Positions 1 to 9,100 of a stretch of 10,943 bases of DNA are shown in pieces; position 1 is the first letter of the stretch; every line of letters begins with the position of its first letter. Source of the stretch: Octopus sinensis (Eukaryota); NCBI RefSeq assembly GCF_006345805.1, contig NW_021827246.1, positions 1 through 10,943 on the forward strand, given 5' to 3'. The notes beneath the pieces were generated by a model. The model ran no database searches, was not told where the DNA came from, and worked only from the letters and a program-made list of their open reading frames with translations. Position numbers and translations under genes: made by a program.

Positions 1-925
1 ACTAAATAAATTCATATTTATAAATTTGATAATGGCTACAGACCGAAATACAATTATAACCCTCCACAAAGGAGGTGAAAGTAATACAGCTGTAGCAAAA
101 AAGAACTTAAAATTAACCGAACAGTTTGGAAAGTTGTCAAGAAATTTCAAGAGACTGGTTCCATCGCCAATTGACCTGGACGTAGCTGAAAAAGAAAAGC
201 TTATCAAAAGTACCAGAGAAAAAATACTATGAAATTCTCATTGTTCTGTCAGAAAACTGGCTGCCACAACAAAAATAAGCTAAACATCAATGTATCAAGT
301 GCTGAAGGAGAATCTCAGGACCCACTACTACAAGATGATCCCCCATCATGAGCTCACAAAAGTTTATAAGGCCATGAGACAGGAGAGAAGTCATTTTATC
401 CTGTGTCAGATTACTGCTTCACCTGGTTTTCACTGATGAAATGAAATTGTCATAGAACAAACAGTAAACCACCAGAATGACCGATTTTGGAGTGTATCTG
501 GCTCATCGAGTGTAGATTCATATCGACATCAAAATCCAGTCAGTTATGGTTTGGGCTGCTGTGATAGTCACTGGAAGGACTCACCTTGTTTTTCTACCCT
601 TGGGTGATAAAATTAACATCCAGCAATTTATTAGCAACATTCTGGATGCTGAACTGTTTCCATGGCTGAATGAACACTGTCAAGATGCACCTTGAAGCCT
701 CCAATAAAGACTCAACACCATCCCACAGCTCCAGACAGACACAACAATGGATTTACAAAAACATTCCATCATTCATAGGCAAAGTTGTATGGCCCGGATC
801 TCAGCCTATTGGATTTTTCTGTTTGGTCAGTTTTGGAGGTGAGGATTTTGAGCACTCCTCATGCTTTGCTCAACATTATGAAAGCAAAACTGCACCAGGA
901 ATGTGCTTCAATTCCACAAGAACAC
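1..925 (+). mobile_element. Degenerate Tc1/mariner-superfamily DNA transposon, probably DD37D (maT/mori) family, 3'-truncated
   Basis: Joining frames gives MATDRNTIITLHKGGESN..VWKVVKKFQETG (HTH region), FTDE (GAT 435-437), IEQTVNHQNDRFW, SVMVWAAV, DSTPSH..TQQW (GAC 709-711) and WP/PDLSLLDFSVWSVLE (GAT 812-814). Several stops and frameshifts. No TIR confidently seen. Confidence 0.85.
32..925 (+). pseudogene. Transposase pseudogene (DDD catalytic triad)
   Basis: ATG at 32. ORFs 26-232, 670-948 and 785-1021 are frameshifted pieces of one transposase. Homology stops at ..ECASIPQEH, where the SINE begins. Confidence 0.85.
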
Positions 926-1326
926 AGGAGTGGCTGTGTGGTAAGTAGCTTGTTTACCAACCACATGGTTCCGGGTTCAGTCCCACTGGGTGGCACCTTG
1001 GGCAAGTGTCTTCTATTATAGCCTCGGGCCGACCAAAGCCTTGTGAGTGGATTTGATCGACGAAAACTGAAAGAAGCTTGTTGTATATATGTATATGTGT
1101 GTGTGTATTTGTGTGTCTGTGTTTATCCCCCAACATTGCTTGACAACTGATGCTGGTGTGTTTATGTCCCTGTCACTTAGCGGTTCGGCAAAAGAGACCG
1201 ATAGAATAAGTACTGGGCTTACAAAAGAATAAGTCCCGGGCTCGAGTTGCTCGATTAAAGGCGGTGCTCCAGCATGGCCGCAGTCAAATGACTGAAACAA
1301 GTAAAAGAGTAAAGAGTAAGAGTAAA
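926..1326 (+). mobile_element. tRNA-derived SINE, near complete (octopus-type family)
   Basis: A-box-like TGGCTGTGTGG (931-941), B-box-like GGTTCAGTCCC (974-984), body GGCAAGTGTCTTCTA..GCCTTGTGAGTGGATTTG, internal TA/TG microsatellite and (A)AAGAGT tandem tail ending about 1326. The same head recurs at 1780, 9983 (minus), 1377 and 10797. Confidence 0.9.
931..984 (+). promoter_or_regulatory. Internal RNA polymerase III type-2 promoter (A and B boxes) of the SINE
   Basis: TGGCTGTGTGG resembles TRGCNNARYGG and GGTTCAGTCCC resembles GGTTCRANNCC, with tRNA-like spacing. Activity unknown. Confidence 0.6.
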
Positions 1327-1376
1327 TAGCTTCTGCACCCCATTTATAAATATAACGCACACACACACACCTAAAT

Positions 1377-1530
1377 GCAGGTTTGACTGTGATTAAGAAG
1401 TTAGTTTTGTAAGTTCATTGGTTTCATTTTCAGTCACACTGTGCACCACATTAGGCAAATGTCTTCTTAGATAGCCTCAGGCTAACTAATGCCTTCTGAG
1501 TGAATTCGGTCGATGTAAAGTGCGAGGAAG
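1377..1530 (+). mobile_element. Old, diverged SINE head of the same family
   Basis: GCAGGTTTGACTGTGATTAAGAAG..TTCAGTCACACTGTGCACCACATTAGGCAAATGTCTTCT..ATAGCCTCAGGCTAACTAATGCCTTCTGAGTGAATTCGG aligns by eye with 926-1075 with many substitutions. Confidence 0.7.
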
Positions 1531-1540
1531 CATATGGAAA

Positions 1541-1637
<97 letters not shown>

Positions 1638-1775
1638 ATATATATATAAAGTGTGTGTGTCTGTGCGTGTGTATGCATGTTATGTATATATGTATGTACA
1701 TACACAACAGCATATATGTATATGCAAGCGTAGATATACATATGTATATATATATTATATATATATTATATTATA
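1541..1775. repeat. Compound microsatellite (CT)n-(TA)n-(TG/TA)n
   Basis: Directly visible. It generates the SLSL/YIYI pseudo-ORFs 1520-1798 and 1534-1794. Confidence 0.95.
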
Positions 1776-1779
1776 TTTT

Positions 1780-1947
1780 GTGGCTGTGTCGTAAGTAGCT
1801 TGCTTACAAACCACATGGTTCCAGGTTCAGTCCCACTGTGTGGCACCCTGGGCAAGTGTCTTCTACTATAGCCTCGGGCCGACCAAAGCCTTGTGAGTGG
1901 ATTTGGTAGACTGAAACTCAAAGAAGCCCGTCGTATATATGTTTATA
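1780..1947 (+). mobile_element. tRNA-derived SINE copy 2, 5' half
   Basis: Closely matches 930-1095 (GTGGCTGTGTCGTAAGTAGCTTGCTTACAAACCACATGGTTCCAGGTTCAGTCCC...AAGAAGCCCGTCGTATATATG). Interrupted at its internal TA run. Confidence 0.9.
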
Positions 1948-2469
1948 TCTTAAATCCTCGAGTATAATCCACAATTTTTTCCCAAAATTTAAAGGTCAAA
2001 ATCCCTAGTGCGTGCTATATACGAGGTTAAAAATGAAAAATATTTTCTAAGCAATGTCCGAGTCTCTATTTACTGTTCGGCAATGTTTATTCAGACGCAT
2101 TTTGCGATGTCAGGCGTGAAAATACCTTAAGCTAAGCCTGAAAGCAATGAAGTCATAAAAGAATCATCCATAACTTGCAGTAAGCAACATTTATTAAAAT
2201 AAAAGTACTCAGAACACAGAATAACATGTAACAAAAACAATTTGCAAACATATTTACATTCCCATATAACAGTTAAGAACATCACCATTATTGTATTACG
2301 CATGCACGGACGTGTTTGTTCGAGTAGGTGCTGCTGGTTTAATTACGAACGACTCAACTTAGAGAATGGGTGTGTATTATACACAAGGTTTAGGTTTTTC
2401 AGAGGTACAACCCCCTAAAAATCTCCTGCATATTATACTCAAGGGCAGACTATACTAGAGGATTTACAG
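1948..2469. mobile_element. Non-autonomous TA-targeting DNA transposon (MITE, pogo/Tc2-like termini), 522 bp
   Basis: TA on both sides (1946-1947, 2470-2471). TIRs TCTTAAATCCTCGAGTATAATCC (1948-1970) and the reverse complement of 2447-2469, CTGTAAATCCTCTAGTATAGTCT, match at 17/23. The SINE resumes right after it. Confidence 0.85.
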
Positions 2470-2471
2470 TA

Positions 2472-2583
2472 TATGTGTGCGTGTGTGTGTGTGTGTTTGT
2501 TCCCCCAACATCACTTGACAACCGAAGCTGGTGTGTTTACATCCCTGTAACATAGTGGTTCGTCAAAAGAGACTGATAGAATA
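2472..2583 (+). mobile_element. tRNA-derived SINE copy 2, 3' half (tail missing)
   Basis: TTTGTTCCCCCAACATCACTTGACAACCGAAGCTGGTGTGTTTAC..AAAAGAGACTGATAGAATA matches 1121-1208 of SINE copy 1. Confidence 0.85.
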
Positions 2584-2639
2584 TATAAGTGTGTTTAACT
2601 GGGAGTCTCTGTATAAGTGTATGGCTAGAAGTACGCCTG

Positions 2640-2715
2640 TAGATGGGTGTATACGTGTGTGTGTGTATGTGTGCATGTATGCATAAGTGTGTGTGTTTGT
2701 AATATATATAGATAA

Positions 2716-2779
<64 letters not shown>

Positions 2780-3383
2780 ATATATTATATGGGATATATA
2801 TATATAATGGATAATATGCAACATATTCCTTTACCTCCTCTATTTCATCACTGCCGATCATTATTCGACCTGTTGGTACGATGTCTAACTGATAGAATAA
2901 ACTGCATGTATGTAGGTATGTATGGGTTGGTGGTGGTGTGTGTATGTGTGCCAATTTAAACGTATATGCGTGGGTGTATTTGTGCATTTTTGCTTGCCTA
3001 TGTGTCATTTTCTGTGCTAAAGTCTGTATGTATTTATGTATAACTATGTAAATATATCTGTATGTATTGCAGCATGTATGTGTGTACATGTGTGACTGTA
3101 TATATGTATATTTGTATAAATATATATGTATATATGTTTGTGTGTGAGTGTGTGCATATGCCTATATACACACATATGCACAGTCATAGATACAAATGTA
3201 CATACACATGTATGTAAAGGTGTATATGTAGATGGTGTGTATGCATATATATGTATGTATATATACATATGTGTAATATATTTATATATACACAAATACA
3301 TATATGTCTATACATATACATACATATATATATACACACAACACACATACACATACATATATTTATAGATATGTACATGTGCA

Positions 3384-3414
<31 letters not shown>

Positions 3415-3523
3415 CAATACATATATACATATATATATATACACAAGTACATATATATATATGTGTGTGTGTGTGTGTACACAGCATCTACATAGTCACA
3501 TGTACCCAATCACATACGCCTAC

Positions 3524-3571
<48 letters not shown>

Positions 3572-4190
3572 TACAGTGTCTATATATTGACATATGCTTA
3601 ATCACACACATACACACACACATGTATATATGTATGTGTGACTATATGTGTATATATGTCTATATACATAGACATACATACACAGATACCTATTCATGTA
3701 TATGTGTGCCTATGCATGCATGTGTGCGCACACACACACACACACATATACATGTAGTGTGTGCATGTGTGTTCGTGTGTGAATGTAGGTGTACCAGTGT
3801 TTCCCACCCACACAACATTTTTCCTCATCAATCCCCTTGTTGCCGTGGTTTACATTGTTAACAACACCAACAATATAATTGAATTATATACGCATGTTTA
3901 TGTATATATAATGGCTGTATGCAGAAATGTATGTGTGAGAGTGTGTGTGTAGGTGCATGAATTACTTGTGTATGTATGTAGGTATGTATGTAGATGTGTC
4001 TGTGTGCAAATTATGAGTGCCTAATATATGTATAAATGCATGTGTGAGAACATGTATATAATGTCTGTATGTATGTACATGTGTGTATGTATGTATCTTT
4101 GAGTAAATATGTACAATTAATATGTGTGTGTATGTATATAGGTCTGTGCATCTATATATGTATTTATACGTGTGTACATATATGTATGTG
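2640..4190. repeat. Extended low-complexity / microsatellite field (TA, TG, CA, CATA/TATG)
   Basis: Directly visible, with short unique spacers (about 2800-2900 and 3790-3890). All Y/I/H/T/C/V-rich ORFs here are artefacts. Confidence 0.9.
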
Positions 4191-4196
4191 CTTTTG

Positions 4197-4267
4197 GTTT
4201 TATTTTACCAATTTTTAACCAATGACGAGAAGGGGTTGGTTTCTAACTCAGCAACAAGGCTCTTTCA
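4197..4267 (-). mobile_element. RLE retrotransposon 3'-UTR tip (fragment D)
   Basis: GTTTTATTTTACCAATTTTTAACCAATGACGAGAAGGGGTTGGTTTCTAACTCAGCAACAAGGCTCTTTCA is the diverged reverse complement of 4780-4850 (TGAAGGAGCCTTGGATCTAGGTTAGAAACCAGCTCTTTCTCTATTGACAAGAAATTTTGAAATAAAAC). Confidence 0.65.
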
Positions 4268-4423
4268 AAGAAACACAGATGACATCAGCTGAGTATGTAA
4301 TGATGACTTTTTTTCATCCTTTCCTCTTTCTAAATTATTAGATTTCTTCCAATAAAGAAATATCTGCTTCCTAACAAAGATTCAAAGCTCCATCATAGAA
4401 ATGTAGATAAAAAATACAACAAA

Positions 4424-4857
4424 TTATTTTCTACCTAGATTACAAATTCAGGTTTATACCTGTAATTATTAGGGTCCTGGGATATATAACGTACTACCTA
4501 AATATCAATCTTGAGAAATTAGGCTTCTCAAACCCAAACCCAGAAAGCTGATTCGAAGTCTACAGATCCAAGCCATCACGGGAACTGTAAATATCTGTAA
4601 AACTTTCCAGAAGTTTATCATTTAAGTATATATGAACATATCTAGATATACAAGTATATGCATGAGAAGACATACATAAAACAAACCATACAAATCTGCA
4701 CATATACATACATACTTGTATACATACATACATACATACATACAAACAAACAAAAATACTTGTGGATGTTGAAATTCCAATGAAGGAGCCTTGGATCTAG
4801 GTTAGAAACCAGCTCTTTCTCTATTGACAAGAAATTTTGAAATAAAACTGAATAATG

Positions 4858-4858
<1 letters not shown>
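4424..4858 (+). mobile_element. RLE (R4/Dong/NeSL-type) non-LTR retrotransposon 3' fragment A: ORF C-terminus plus 3' UTR
   Basis: Translates, with one frameshift, to DYKFRFIPVIIRVLGYITYYLNINLEKLGFS..RKLIRSLQIQAITGTVNICKTFQKFII* (TAA 4623-4625), the typical PI.IGALG...LQ...GT.KI C-terminus of RLE elements. Followed by a 3' UTR ending AATAAAACTGAATAATGA, then (CATA)n. Confidence 0.75.
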
Positions 4859-4890
<32 letters not shown>

Positions 4891-4947
4891 TATATATACA
4901 TACACGCACACACACATATATACATACATACACATACATACATACAT
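4859..4947. repeat. (CATA)n/(CA)n microsatellite between fragments A and B
   Basis: Directly visible. Confidence 0.9.
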
Positions 4948-5222
4948 ATCCAAACTCACTGGGACTGTAAAATTTGTAAATCTTTCCAGAAGTTTATCAG
5001 TTAAGTATATATGCGCATGTCTAGACATGCAACTATATGTATAAGAATATGTACATAAAACAAAACATACAAGTCTGCACTTGCATTGACTCCAAATATT
5101 GTACATAAATACACATACATGCAAAAATACGGTGTTGTTGAAATTCCAAAGACGGAGTCTTGGTTGTAGGTTAGAAGCTGGCTCTCTCTCTATTGGCAAG
5201 AAATCTTGAAATAAAACTGAAT
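4948..5222 (+). mobile_element. RLE retrotransposon 3' fragment B (direct repeat of 4566-4853)
   Basis: ATCCAAACTCACTGGGACTGTAAAATTTGTAAATCTTTCCAGAAGTTTATCAGTTAAG... through GAAATCTTGAAATAAAACTGAAT is colinear with fragment A but diverged. Confidence 0.8.
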
Positions 5223-5750
5223 GCTCATATATATTAAAATGATAAACTCCTGGAAAGTTTTACAGATTTTTTACAGTTCCAGTGATGAAATGGATCTGTA
5301 GTCTTTGAATTAGCTTTCTCCTTTCTGGTTTTGAGAAGCCTAATTTCTCAAGATTGGTATTTAGGCAGTGTGTTCCATATCTCAGGGCCCCTGAACTTGT
5401 TATCTGGATAAAATAACTGCAGATTTCTCAATAGTTCAGCATAGGTGTTCTCTTTTTCACTGATCTTCAGCATTATGTTAACATCTTCTGGGCAGCTAAT
5501 TTCTACAACTGTGCACAGTTTCTCTTCTCAGTCCCAAATCATTATATCAGGTCTGCTGTGCTTACATTTTATTCAGGTCTTCACTGGGATATTCCACCAA
5601 TATTCCTTTTTATTATGAGTGGCTATGGCTTCTACCATATTGTGGTTTTTTATTTCTTTATCCTTGGGATTATCCTCTCAACGGATTTCATTATAGAGTG
5701 TCCTAGCTACAACATCATGTCCCATTGGTAGATAATACCAAGATGACATG
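5221..5750 (-). mobile_element. RLE retrotransposon fragment C encoding the decayed restriction-like endonuclease domain
   Basis: The minus strand reads MSSWYYLPMGHDVVARTLYNEIR*...EYWWNIPVKT*IKCKHSRPDIMIWD*EEKLCTVVEISCPEDVNIMLKISEKENTYAELLRNLQLFYPDNKFR, then about 20 nt deleted, then GAL..NTNLEKLGFSKPERRKLIQRLQI..TGTVK. This contains the (R)HD, PD, E and K..Y motifs of RLE endonucleases, with in-frame stops. Confidence 0.8.
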
Positions 5751-6070
5751 TGTGTATGTATTTATGTATGTATCTTACAACACTACCCCAGCTGTGCCTA
5801 TTGACAGTTTTTGATAGGTTTTCAATTAGAGTTCCATGTTTCATATTTTTACTGATCCACTTGCAAATTCTATTTGCAAAGTGTGCATGACCACAACCCT
5901 TGGAACACATGAAGTCAAGTGTTAGCTGGTCACTTTCCTTGCTTGAAATTCCTAACTTTTCCAAGTTATCGTGTATTAACCAATATAGCCAAGTATAGCT
6001 ATAGTTATTGGATTCACACTGGCACTCTGTCAGTTACAATGAGGCTTAGAGCATTTGGCTTAAGATCATA

Positions 6071-6103
6071 TCTATCTATCTATATATATATATATATATA
6101 TAT
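6071..6103. repeat. (TCTA)n(TA)n microsatellite abutting the LINE 3' tail
   Basis: Directly visible. Confidence 0.9.
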
Positions 6104-6155
6104 ATGATGATGATGGCAATCCCTCAAGGTCGAGGACGATGGTCTTTGCACAAAT

Positions 6156-9100
6156 TTACTGGTGAGTCCGTAGGTGACCGATAAGACCAATTCTTGCTTG
6201 AATAGATTGGTCGCAATGCAGACATCTAGTGCCGGAAGAGAGAGTCGCACATGGTTGTTGTTGGCGCTTCTTCCGTCGTCGTCTTTTCTCCTCCAGCTCT
6301 GCAGACCTTTTCGACTCGAAAGTCGCCGTTCCCTCATGAATGGTGGTTTTCCAGAGTGACTATACGGGGTCCAGGTTTCGGATGCATAAAGGAGGGTTGG
6401 AATAATGACTGCCCTGTGCACCATGAGTTTGGTTTCGGTTCGGATGTCCCGATCAGCAAAAACTCTTGTTCGAAGCTTGCCAAAAGCTGTTCCTGCACAC
6501 TTCAGACGGTGTTGGATTTCATCGCTGAGGTCTACCTTTGCTGACAGATGGCTCCCAAGGTAGCAGAAATGGTTCACATTTTCCAATGGAATTCCTTTGA
6601 GTTGAATCGATGGCGGGTTGTCAACACGGGCATTGGGAGGAGGCTGGTAGAGTAAGTGAGTCTTCTTGATGTTGATGCTCAGTCCAAGTTTAGTATATGC
6701 ATGATGAAAAGCATTTAGGATCTGTTGGAGGTGTAGTGAATGGGTGAGTGTATAAATAAATACATAAATTGTTTCATGATTAAAAAGGGATTTATTTACA
6801 TGGATTATAAATACATTACATACAAATGTAAGCAAATGCTACACATTGCTTGTATAGAGCACATATTAAAGATGAATATGTTTGTGCGTGTGGATGTGTG
6901 CGTGAATCATTCGAAACAGTAGCCTGTAGGCATTTCTCTGTCGTCTCCAAAATGCGGGCCAAGACAAATCTGTCTGCTGGTGTGTCAGCTGCGATTGTGT
7001 TTCTTTCTCTGTTTTTCCCTTGTATTTATAATATTTGAAACAGCTAGAAAGATAGACATACTGCAACAGAGTTACTACTTAAGTAGGTCAGCGCTTGTCC
7101 AGTTGAACTTCGCCTGACATGGCTGAGGTCACAGGTCAAAGGGAGATGATCAATCACTTTTTGACAGAACAAAGGGATCTTTAAATTTCGCGCCTATACA
7201 TGCATTGGTTTTTGACGACCGATGATTCTTGGATTCGTTTTCGAATCCAAGCTTAGAGAAGGAAGTGCTAACTCTTACAGAGGTGATCCTCTCTGTAAGC
7301 TGCTACACTGTTGTCGTCGGCATATTCGAACTCTAGCAAGCTTCGCGCCATTGTCTTTGACGTACTTTTGAGGCTAGCGAGGTTGAAAAGCTTGCCGTCC
7401 ATTCTGTACGAGATATCGATGCCAGGTGGAAGGTCATCTCGTATGATGTGCAACACTGTCGCGATAAAGATGGTAAAGAGAGTTGGCGCTATCACGCAGC
7501 CTTGCTTCACTCCGGAGGTGACTTTAAAGGGCTCAGAACTGCCTCCGTTGGTCTGGACTCTGGCGTGCATATTGTCGTGGAGGAGTTTGAGGATCCGGAT
7601 GAACTTATCTGGGTATCCATACTGGGCGAGAATATCCCAGAGGAGCTCTCGCGAGACACGATCAAAGGCTTTGGATAGGTTGATAAAGGCTAAATAGAGC
7701 GGTTGGTGTTGCTCACGACATTTTTCTTGTAGCTGTCGCAGCGTGAAGATCATGTTGGTTGTGCTTCGTGATGACCTAAAGCCGGTCTGCGTCTCAGGAA
7801 AGATCCTCTCTGACAGCGTTTTGAGGCGGTTGTTCAGGATGCGTGCAAGAATCTTCCCAGCAGTTGCTAATAAGGAAATACCCCGGTAATTTCCACACTC
7901 AGAACGATCGCCCTTTCGTTAGTAAATGGTAATGATGTTAGCATCCCTGAAGTCGGATGGTACAACTTCATTTGTCCAGATTTTGACCAAGAGTTGGTGG
8001 AGCTGGTATTGGACAAAATCACCTCCCAGTTTGTAGATCTCAGCTGGGATTCCGTCAGGACCCGCGGCTTTGTTGTTCTTCATCGCTGTGATAGCAATTT
8101 TGACCTCTTCGAGGGATGGAATTCGAGCGAGAGAGTAATCTTTGGCCTCTTTAGGAATCATGTCAAGTATACTTTTGTCGATGGTAGCCTTGTGATTGAG
8201 GAAGTCATCGAAGTGTTCTCTCCATCTGTCTCCTATTTCGGTGTTGCTTTTCAGGATGGTTGCTCCGTCTTTACTCTTCAGAGGAGCCTGTCCATGTGTG
8301 GCAGGTCCGTATATTTCTTTCGTGGCTTTGAAGAACCCTCTGGTGTCGTTTACATCTGCTAGCTGCTGGATTTCACGAGATTTGTGTCTCCATCACTGGT
8401 TCTTCAGGGTACGGGTTGTCCTTTGAACTGCGGCTTTGCACTTCTTGAAAGACTCTCGTTTAGTGGCAGACTTTGGATCATTCTGTGAGCTGATGAAAGC
8501 TTTCCATTTTTGGTCGATCAGTTCTTTGAGAGCTTCATCATTGTCGTCAAACCAGTCCTGGTGTTTCCTTTTCTTGCGACCGATGGTTTCTTCGCAAGCG
8601 GTGATGATGGTTTCTTTCAGCTGGTTCCAATTTTCTTCGACGAGATGATTTGGAGTCTTATTTTGAAGATTGACCTGTAGGCGCTGCTGGAAAGCGACAC
8701 GAGTTTTTGGGTCTTGCAGTGCTTCGATGTTGAATTTCTTTACTCTGCTTTCCTTGCTGTGATATTTCACTTTTGGTCGGAGTTTGATTTTCATGGTTAG
8801 AGGCGATGAGCCAATGATCTGTCCAGCACTCATCTGCTCCAGTGGCGGCTCTGGTGAGCAACACATCTTGCTGGTCTCGGGATCTCACGATGATATAGTC
8901 GATGAGATGCCATTTTTTAGATCTTGGATGCTGCCATGAGACCTTATATCGATTCTTCTGGCGAAAAAGGGTGTTGGTTATCCCCAGGTTATGTTCAGCA
9001 CATTTGGTGAGTAGCAGAGTTCCATTGGCATTGAATTTTCCCACTCCTTCCTTTCCGATGGTTCCTGTCCAGAGTTCACGATCTCTCCCAACTCTGGCGT

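Noticed and set aside
926-1000. tRNA gene
   Set aside because: A/B boxes are present but there is no convincing cloverleaf, and it continues into a SINE body repeated five times in the window.
1520-3952. Many ORFs rich in Y/I/H/T/C/V, 60-154 aa
   Set aside because: These are translations of dinucleotide and tetranucleotide microsatellites, which lack stops in some frames. No protein signal.
4642-5199. 185-aa minus-strand ORF with an internal repeat
   Set aside because: Antisense reading of two RLE 3' UTRs plus microsatellite. The repeat reflects the A/B duplication.
4566-5222. Direct repeats with spacers, superficially array- or CRISPR-like
   Set aside because: Only two long, diverged units, explained as retrotransposon 3' ends. 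No short identical repeats or cas genes, and the context is eukaryotic.
6080-6835. 251-aa minus-strand ORF as an intact gene
   Set aside because: A chimera of LTR sequence, the RT thumb region and an out-of-frame tail after the deletion, ending in microsatellite.
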